Shown here: positions 8,969 to 15,649 of the stretch, one piece after another
Numbering within the stretch: position 1 is the first letter of the stretch
Layout of the letters: each line of letters opens with the position of its first letter
Source: an uncultured Actinomycetes bacterium
Lineage (GTDB): Bacteria; Actinomycetota; UBA4738; HRBIN12
Reading direction: 5' to 3'
Assembly (NCBI GenBank): GCA_963723855.1
Contig: CAVRSI010000015.1
Location: forward strand, 195,553-259,552
DNA: 64,000 bases
Translations under genes and position numbers: made by a program
The notes under the pieces: model-generated
Seen by the model: only the letters and a program-made list of their open reading frames with translations
Database searches by the model: none
Told to the model about the DNA's origin: nothing

Positions 8969-10491
8969 CTACTGCCCGAGGTCAGTGGCCGTCCGCCCTT
9001 CGGTGTCCCGGGCGGTATCGAAGATGCGCCAGTAGGCGTCCTCGCCGAAGCTGGTTGGCAATGGTTCACCTTCGATGAGTCGGAACGTGCGCCGACCGTC
9101 GGGCTGCCGTTCGGCGCGAAGGAAGTAGGCAGTGTCCAGCTGCTGGATGTAGAAGCCGTGCGCGAGGTCGAACAGGTGCGTGACGAAGAAGACCTTGACG
9201 CCGGCATCTATCGATGCGCGGACGACTTGCCGGGCGATCTCGGAGCCCTCTCGCTCGTTCGTTGCCGAGAACGACTCGTTGCACAGCAAGAGGGAGTTCG
9301 GCGTGATCATGTCGGCGAGGTCGCTCATCCTCCCGAGCTCTTCGTCCAGCTTGCCGCTCTGCATCGTGACGTCTTCTCCTCGTTTGAAGTGCGTGAAGAC
9401 ACCGGTACAGACGTTGGCGCTGAAGGACTCCGCACCGACGAACATCCCGCTCTGCATCATCAGTTGCGCCGATCCGACGCTGCGCAGGAACGTCGACTTG
9501 CCGCCCTGGTTGGCGCCGGTGATCATGACGAGCAGCTTGCTCGCCGCTGTGACGTCATTGCCGACGACATCGTTCGCCACGCTCAGCGCCAGACAAACGT
9601 CGTACATCCGTCGAGCGGTGAGCGACGGGCGATCCTCAACGATGGGCATCGGGAAGGACGTCGGCTCTCCCTTCGCCGTCAGGCGTTCGTGCACATTCAC
9701 GCAGCCGATGTAGAAGCCGGTTTCCGCCCGCAACAGATCGAAGAAGCTGCGGATGTAATCGGCGGACTGAGCGAGCACGTTGGCAACCTGGTTGATCCTT
9801 TCGCTCGCAGGTCGCCCAGCGCCCTCGCCCCGCTCTCGTCGCGATCCGCGATCTGGAAGCTGAGGCCGGACCTGCCCCTGCGAGTGATCCGCTGCCTCCA
9901 GCTCAGCGTGGGGAGCGTCCGCAGCACGTAGTGGACGCCCTTGTTGCCCCTCCCGAGCTCGGCACTCATCAAGACGCCGCGCTCGAACCGCAACTCCTCG
10001 AGACGATCCTCGATGGTTCGGAAGTACGCGTCGTCCAGCTCCTCCGCGAGCATCGCGAAGAAACGCACGAAGCCATCGGACCGGAACCCTCCGGCGTGAT
10101 CGTCCGCGAGCCTGCGAAGCTGCCTGAGCGAACCCACGAACACCTCCATGGACTGGAGCGATCGCGTGAGGACGGCTTGCGGGGACATGAACGCGCCCCA
10201 GATCTTCTTCTCTTCCATGATCGCGCCGGCGGCGACCTGATAGATCTGTCTGACGACGGACGGTCGCTCCAGGCAGTCGGTCAGCACGTGCTGCCGGTAG
10301 ATGATCGCCTCCGGGCTCGTCAGGCTCGTCAGAACGGCCTTCCTCGCCACGTCGAACAGGAACGGGTCACCGGCCGCCATCGCGTTGAAGAGGATGTTCA
10401 GCTCGAGGTCTTGGGTGAGCGATCCTTCGTTCGACGGGAGTTCGCGCTGGAGGTCGAAGTCATCGTCCTCGTACATCAGGAAAGCCTTCAT
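8969..10491 (-). CDS. MutS-related ABC-type ATPase B (MutS domains III/V only); one frame break near 9796-9800
   Basis: The N-terminal half is ORF 9697..10491 (MKAFLMYEDDDFDLQRELPSNEGSLTQDLELNILFNAMAAGDPFLF...). The C-terminal half is ORF 8969..9778 (Walker A ITGANQGGKSTFLRSVG, LLLCNESFSATNEREG, Walker B/signature region). The two join as ...LRAKG-INQVANVLAQSADYIRSFF. There is no mismatch-binding domain I and no Smr/nuclease domain. Confidence 0.8.
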
Positions 10492-12020
10492 CGCACGTAT
10501 CCGCCTCCGCAGCGTCTCGTACGTAGGCCGTACTTCTCGGCGATGGCAGCGGCATAGGCAAGTCCGTCTGCGGGCTTCCTGGTGATCTTAACGTTCGCGT
10601 CGCGGGGTCATCGGGCACGACCGCGCTCACCATGCTGACCGTGACCTCGCTGAGGGAGGACAGCTCGTCCATGAAGGTCACGCACACGCACAACGAGTGC
10701 AACGCGATCAACCGATCCGTCACTTCCGTGCCGAGGAACACGGCGTCACGAAGCGAGGTCGAGTTGAAGCTCTCGTTCATGATGACGACGCTGTCGCTGG
10801 TCGCCAGGCGGAGGATTCGTGGAAGCTACCAGTTCATCCTCGAGCTTTCCGCGGAGGGTCGCGAGGTTCTCTTCCCGTTCGAAATGCGCGAAGACGTGAT
10901 CGGGCAGGGAGAGGTGCGCTGCCTTCGCAGGAACGAGACAACCGAGGTTGGCGAGATGATGCAGCTGGCCGAACATCCGTGCGAACGTCGTCTTCCCGCC
11001 TTGGTTCGGACCGGTAACGACGATGACGCGTTCCGGCTCCGTGAGATCGAACGAGTTGCACACGACCTCCGAACCCTGCGGGACGAGCTTGTTGGCGAGC
11101 GCGAGATCGAACGCATCGTGTGCGAACACGTGCTTCGCGCGAACGGACACGTGCGGGTAGCAGAACGGCAATCCGGCCGATCGGAACCGCTTGGCGTGCT
11201 CGAGATATGCCAGGTAGAACTGCACCTCCCGATCGAAGGTGCCGATGATCTGATCGAGGTAGTCACGGTGACGCACGCGATACTCGTCCAGCGCTCGCGA
11301 GACGTCGGGATACAGCTGTGCCACCAACTCGAACACGCGAGCTTCAACGGGATCCATGTCCAGCGAAGCAGTGAGTTTGACCCGGTGATCCCCCACGGCG
11401 CCGTGCTTGAACTTCGCGAACGTCTCCACGACCTCTGCGCTGAAGTCAGGCTCTCCCTCGTACCTGCTGACCGTGACCCGGTTCCCAGCGATGTGAACGC
11501 AGTACTTCACCGAAGCCAAGGCGTCCTTCAGCTCACGCGTTGCCGATATGAGTGACGTGAACGTCACGGACGCGGTGTAGTCCAGGATGTAGTCGCGGAA
11601 CGCCCGCAGGCCACGTGATGTCAATCCGAGAGATGCGAACCCTTCAGCCAGCGATCGAACCGCGTCGCAGTAGACCTCCACCGCCTCAACGAACCAACGC
11701 TTCTTCTGCGATGTGTAGTAGAGCTTCTCCACCTGAGCGAGATGCGCGCGCATCTCCTGCATGCGTCGCGAGAAGGCCTGGATGGCTTCCATGACCGCGC
11801 CATCCTCGAGGTCACGGAATACCTCATGCCGGTAGTACACGGCTTCGACGTCGCGCAACGGCGTGTAGAAGAAGGGCTTCAGTTGGTACTCGTCGCGACC
11901 GGCCGTTATCGACTCCACCACCTGATCGAGATTCAGGTCGCGGAAGAACCCGGGCTCTTCGAGCTCGTCGATCACGACGCTGCTCGGAGGCTGGTCGAAG
12001 AGGACGCTGTGGAACCGCAC
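10488..12020 (-). CDS. MutS-related ABC-type ATPase A (MutS domains III/V only); at least two frame breaks (10586-10594, 10818-10832); start revised to GTG 12020 (or 12032)
   Basis: ORF 10746..12164 contains (V)RFHSVLFDQPP...PGFFRDLNLDQVVESI and Walker A VTGPNQGGKTTFARMFG. It continues in ORF 10460..10780 (VIMNESFNSTSLRDA...VCVTFMDEL) and then in a third frame (KITRKPADGLAYAAAIAEKYGL...). The stop TGA 10488-10490 overlaps the ATG of ATPase B. The first 44-48 codons of the track ORF are occupied by riboswitch C and its leader. Confidence 0.75.
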
Positions 12021-12153
12021 GTCCCGACGCACCGGAGAGCCGTTCGGGTTCCGGAGCCTGCCGAGCTCCTGGGTCCCTCCGCCGGTGAAGGATCCTCGCT
12101 CGCTCGTGATACGCCTCCTTCCGCTGACGTCCGAAGCGCCCCGAGGGGCAGCC

Positions 12154-12202
12154 GTAGAAGCCATCAGCGTCGGAAGACGCGGTTCAGGCGAGCTTCATCG
12201 CC
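12154..12202 (-). promoter_or_regulatory. Fluoride riboswitch (crcB motif), copy C, aptamer; leader extends to about 12021
   Basis: Minus-strand RNA: GGCGAUGAAGCUCGCCUGAACCGCGUCUUCCGACGCUGAUGGCUUCUAC. Elements are P1 GGCG/CGCC, P3 GCGUC/GACGC, and loop GAAGC paired with 3' GCUUC. That pseudoknot carries a compensated double change relative to GGAGC/GCUCC in copies A and B. A TAACAT -10-like box lies at 12209-12214, 6 nt upstream. An SD-like GGAAGGAGG near 12114-12122 has no canonical start after it. The first in-frame GUGs are at 12032 and 12020. Confidence 0.75.
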
Positions 12203-12247
12203 ACCCCGATGTTAGCCCAGGAGGCGACGGACGGATGGCCTCGACCG

Positions 12248-12874
12248 CTATCCGTCTGACGTCGATCCCGCGAGCAGGCCGATGATGCGTCGCGCCGCGA
12301 GCGAGCGTTGTTCCGGGTCGTTGGCCGAGACTCGGGCGCGCGCGCTGAGCGCGAGGAGGGAGCGACGCTGCGTCGCGATGAGGAACCGCAGAGTGGACCG
12401 ACCGGGGCGAGTCCGACCGCCATGCTGAGATGCGGCCGGCAGATGCCGGTCGACACCTGATAGGCGGCGAGCACGTCGGGCTCGGCGAGCGCGTCGAAGA
12501 GCATCCCGAGCACCGACCGCCCTCGACGTTCTACCGCCGCGCATACGGGACACGCAGGTGGCCCCTCGGCCACACCCGCTCCGAAGTCCTCCGAGGCGGC
12601 CTGAGCAGATCCGCGAAAGGAGCCGCGCGCCCGCCGCCCCCAGATCCCCTCCTCGTCGGTCGAACACGCTCGCCCAGTGGGGCGCACAGAGTCCGCGGGA
12701 GTCGACGGTCTTGTCAATCGTCTCCTCTTCCCGGATGTTCGTGGTCGCGAGCCACGACAGGACCGCCCGTTCGGTCTCCCCCGCCAGCCGGCAGACGGGA
12801 CATCCGTCGCTACGAAGTGCGAGACCGAGCTCGGCCTCGAGGAGAATCTCGCGGAGAGGTTTCCGCTTCGTCAC
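12248..12874 (-). CDS. Hypothetical protein with two CPVC motifs (putative zinc-binding); two frame breaks (12398-12408, 12599-12614)
   Basis: Reconstructed from ORFs 12248..13243 and 12184..12717: VTKRKPLREILLEAELGLALRSDGCPVCRLAGETERAVLSWLATTNIREEETIDKTVDSRGLCAPHW...ARLLSRI / AQAASEDFGAGVAEGPPACPVCAAVERRGRSVLGMLFDALAEPDVLAAYQVSTGICRPHLSMAVGLAPV / RSTLRFLIATQRRSLLALSARARVSANDPEQRSLAARRIIGLLAGSTSDG. Its GTG start overlaps the phosphatase stop (GTGA). Confidence 0.55.
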   Translation of the reverse strand: MTKRKPLREILLEAELGLALRSDGCPVCRLAGETERAVLSWLATTNIREEETIDKTVDSRGLCAPHWASVFDRRGGDLGAAGARLLSRICSGRLGGLRSGCGRGATCVSRMRGGRTSRAVGARDALRRARRARRARRLSGVDRHLPAASQHGGRTRPGRSTLRFLIATQRRSLLALSARARVSANDPEQRSLAARRIIGLLAGSTSDG

Positions 12875-13504
12875 ATGCGCAGGGAGTCTTGTGCTCGACC
12901 TGCCTGTCGGAACAGGTCTTCGAGGACGGTCGGCACCTGCAGCCCTTCGTCGGTCGCCCGCAGCTCGATCACGGAGCCCGGCGACACGTCCGGGTCCCAA
13001 AACGCCGTTCCTTCGAGCCCCTTCAGACGCACGAGCACCAGCCGGATGAGGAGCTCGTGCGTGACCACGGCCACCGCTCGTTCGGGGTGCCGACCGCCTA
13101 TCGACTCCAGGGCCCTGAATGCACGTCGCTCGGCGGCCGCCATGCTCTCTCCGGAGGGGAAGGTCGCCGCCGCCGGGAACCGGAAGTAGAAGTCGAACGC
13201 TCTCGGCTCCGACTCCCTGATCGAGCGGCGTGCGAGCCACCACGAGCCCACGTCGACATCGGTCAGATCACTTCGATCGGCGTGGAACCACACCGACGGA
13301 ACGCCCGATGACGTCGGCGGTCTCCCGGGCGCGACGCCGGGGACTGGTGTAGATCGCGGAGACGTCCTCGAGAGCCAGACGCTCCGCCGCGCGCCGCGCA
13401 TCGTCCACGCCTTGCGCGGTCAGCGGGTCGTCCGTCTGTCCTTGCAGCCGACCTTCACTACTGAGAGCGGTCCGACCGGCTCGCACCACGAACAACGATG
13501 TCAT
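12871..13504 (-). CDS. Histidine-phosphatase (phosphoglycerate-mutase-like) fold protein with RAG in place of the catalytic RHG; one frame break near 13289-13306
   Basis: N-terminus from ORF 13268..13633: MTSLFVVRAGRTALSSEGRLQGQTDDPLTAQGVDDARRAAERLA...IYTSPRRRARETADVIG. C-terminus from ORF 12871..13401: VWFHADRSDLTDVDVGSWW...FRFPAAATFPSGESM...VAVVTHELLIRLVL. The codons read CGA GCC GGT, that is R-A-G. Confidence 0.7.
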
Positions 13505-13701
13505 CGGGAGCTCCCCCCATGTATGGCTTCCGCCGACGGCACATCCGGTGCGGTACGGATCGACATCGCCACGTGATCCCAGTCGATGCGGAGCAGCTCG
13601 ACCGGTCTGACGCGCGGGACGAACCGATTCCAATCCACGTCGACATCTTCGATCCGTCGCTCGCGCAGCGCAGGCGTCAGGTGCGGATAGGCGGAGGTCA
13701 T
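13501..13701 (-). CDS. Possible separate 66-aa ORF between the dynamin-like and phosphatase genes
   Basis: MTSAYPHLTPALRERRIEDVDVDWNRFVPRVRPVELLRIDWDHVAMSIRTAPDVPSAEAIHGGSSR. GGAGG lies 4 nt upstream of the ATG at 13699-13701. As sequenced it is in frame with the dynamin ORF. Removing one C from the C5 run at about 13712-13716 would end the dynamin gene with an ATGA overlap onto this ATG. Confidence 0.35.
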   Translation of the reverse strand: MTSAYPHLTPALRERRIEDVDVDWNRFVPRVRPVELLRIDWDHVAMSIRTAPDVPSAEAIHGGSSR

Positions 13702-15483
13702 GGCGCCTCCATCACCACCATGACGGGGGCCGGTCGCGGCCGTTTGGAACGCCTCACGGAGCTGGTCGAGCCGGCGTCGATCGACCCGCGCATCTTCCTT
13801 GGCTCGCAGGGCGTCTTCGGCCGACCGCTGCCGATCGCGTTCGGAGCGTTCGAATCCCCGCACCGAGGCTCTCGATGGTCGCTTCCAGGCTCCGGTCCAA
13901 TGCCGATCCAAGGTCACGGCGACTCCGGTCGAGCCGCTGCACGAAGTCCCAGTGAAGGCGTCCCATGTGCTTGTCGACGAGCGAAGGAGTCGCTCCCTCA
14001 AGGTCGCGCAGGAACAGGCGCCGCGCCGTCTCTCGCGGCAGGAACCGGCGAACGTCCGGCAGGATCGACTCGATGATCGATGGAGGTTCGAAGAAGCTGA
14101 AACTGAACGGGGTCCGGAAGACAGCTCGACGAGATGGCCCTCGGAAACGAGCTGGATCCCGAGGATCTCGCCGCACAGCCGGACGGTCTCCCGCTCGGTA
14201 CCGTCCGCCTCCTCGACGAAACGGGCCGTTGCGTCCCGGAACGCGGCGGAGAGCGTCTGCTCCTCGAGTCCGCGCCAGTGGCCGATATCGGTGCGGAGCG
14301 CCTCCCTCAAGAACACGAACCCCTCGTCGTCCCGCGCGATGCGCCGGACGTCCTCAAGCGAGGCAACGTGTTCCTCGACGGCAGACGTCAGGCGGGTCTC
14401 CTCCTCGGAACGAAGCTGTTCCAGATCCTGCTCGAGACGGGACACGAGCGCCTCGGCCTCCTGATCGAGAAGAGCGTGCATGTCGCGTTGTCTCGATCGA
14501 GCCTGGGCGAATACCTCCTGCATGCGCCGACGAGCCTCTTCCAGCTCCTGGACGGGGAGATCGAGCGCCCGCTCCTGCACCTCCAGCGCGTTGCGCTCGT
14601 CGTCCACCAGCCGCAGCGCACGCCCGGCCACGGAGGCCAGGATGGCCCGCCCTTTCTCGTCCAGCAGGAACGTCCGGAAATCACGTTCGAACGCGGGGAG
14701 CCCCGAAGCCTCCAACTCGCGGTCGTCTCCGGCGAGCTTCGCCCGGAGCGCCCGGCGGGCGCTCAAGGGATAGACAACGACGTCCTGCCCGACGGCTTCT
14801 TCGATAACCCGATGTGTGAACGCGATGGACTCGTCACGGTCGAGCCCCGACAGGTAGTCGATCTTGTTCAGGACGAAGAAGAGACGCGCCGTCTCCCCGC
14901 GAACTCCTCGAGGAACGCACGCTCCGTCTCGGAGAATTGGCGGGTCCGCAGAGGTGAGGAAGACGGCGGCGTCGGATTCGGAGAGGAAGGCGCGCGCCGC
15001 CTCGGTGTTGCGCTGGTAAACGCTGCCGACGCCGGGCGTATCGACTAGGAACACCCCGTCACGCAGATCTTCCGACGGGTACGACACCACGGCCCTCGCG
15101 ACCCCCAGCGCATTGTCCGGGTTGCCTCGCTCGGTCACGTACGTAGCGAGATCCGTCACGTCGACGTCCTCTTCGCGGCCGTCGAGATAGCCGATCCGAG
15201 CTCGGATCTCCCTCCCCCACGTCACCGCCGTGACGATCGAGGTGAGTGGCACGACGGCGGAAGGAAGCACGTCTGCGCCGAGGAGTGCATCCACGAACGT
15301 GGTCTTGCCCCGTTTGAACTCGCCGAAGACCACGACGTTGAATCGGTTCTCGACGAGCTTCTTGTCGAGGGCCCGTGCAGCGTCTGTGACGGCCCGGCTC
15401 TCGCGTCGGTCGGCGAACTCGGCGAGATCGTCGAGCGCCACGAGAAGCCTGTCCCGCTCCTCCGCGTAGGTTCGTTGACCCAT
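13699..15483 (-). CDS. Bacterial dynamin-like GTPase (BDLP family); four frame breaks inferred (13855-13862, 14125-14140, and a compensating pair at 14893-14900 / 14932-14938); 3' end uncertain
   Basis: ORF 13501..15483 has G1 VVVFGEFKRGKTTFVDALLG, G3 FLVDTPGVGS and G4 FFVLNKIDYL, followed by long coiled-coil-like stalk sequence. The middle of the C-terminal part is in ORF 13754..14176 (FRTPFSFSFFEPPSIIESILPDVRRFLPRETARRLFLRDLEGATPSLVDKHMGRLHWDFVQRLDRS...). It is the first gene after riboswitch B. Confidence 0.8.
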
Positions 15484-15560
15484 GGAAAAGCTCCTACCTC
15501 TGCATCCAGGTAGGAGCTATCAGCTCGCCGGGGCGAGCGGTTAGGCGAGCTCCATCGCCT
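15484..15560 (-). promoter_or_regulatory. Fluoride riboswitch (crcB motif), copy B: aptamer 15509-15560 plus an SD-sequestering, terminator-like helix at 15484-15520
   Basis: Minus-strand RNA: AGGCGAUGGAGCUCGCCUAACCGCUCGCCCCGGCGAGCUGAUAGCUCCUACC-UGGAUGCAG-AGGUAGGAGC-UUUUCC-AUG. Elements are P1 GGCG/CGCC, loop GAUGGAGCU, an AAC linker, P3 GCUCGC/GCGAGC, CUGAU, and a 3' AGCUCC complementary to the loop GGAGCU, then CCUAC. GCUCCUACCU pairs perfectly (10 bp) with AGGUAGGAGC and masks the SD AGGAG. A TATACT -10-like box lies at 15568-15573, 7 nt upstream. Confidence 0.85.
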
Positions 15561-15649
15561 CACCCGAAGTATAGGGGAGCGGAGGAGCGAACCTTCCCAA
15601 GGATCGCCAACGACGATGGTCGACTCTCCCCGCTCCGTAAACTCGCAGG

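Noticed and set aside
12021-12164. The N-terminal 44-48 codons of track ORF 10746..12164 (MASTAAPRGASDVSGRRRITSERG...) as coding sequence.
   Set aside because: This stretch is occupied by fluoride riboswitch copy C and its leader. The family-typical N-terminus RFHSVLF starts at GTG 12020.
8969-15483. Interpreting the dynamin-like GTPase plus ABC-type (MutS-like) ATPases as a phage-defence island (dynamin-type or ATPase/nuclease-type systems).
   Set aside because: There is no nuclease, no integrase or transposase, and no compositional break. Each gene set is preceded by a fluoride riboswitch and the block ends in crcB, which points to a stress regulon instead. This is not fully excluded.
15561-15649. 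A plus-strand riboswitch in the eno leader. The hppA leader (6544-6660) and the nhaA copy 2 leader (20212-20340) were checked as well.
   Set aside because: No GGCGAUG...CGCC...CUGAU...CCUAC arrangement is present on the sense strand of any of these leaders.
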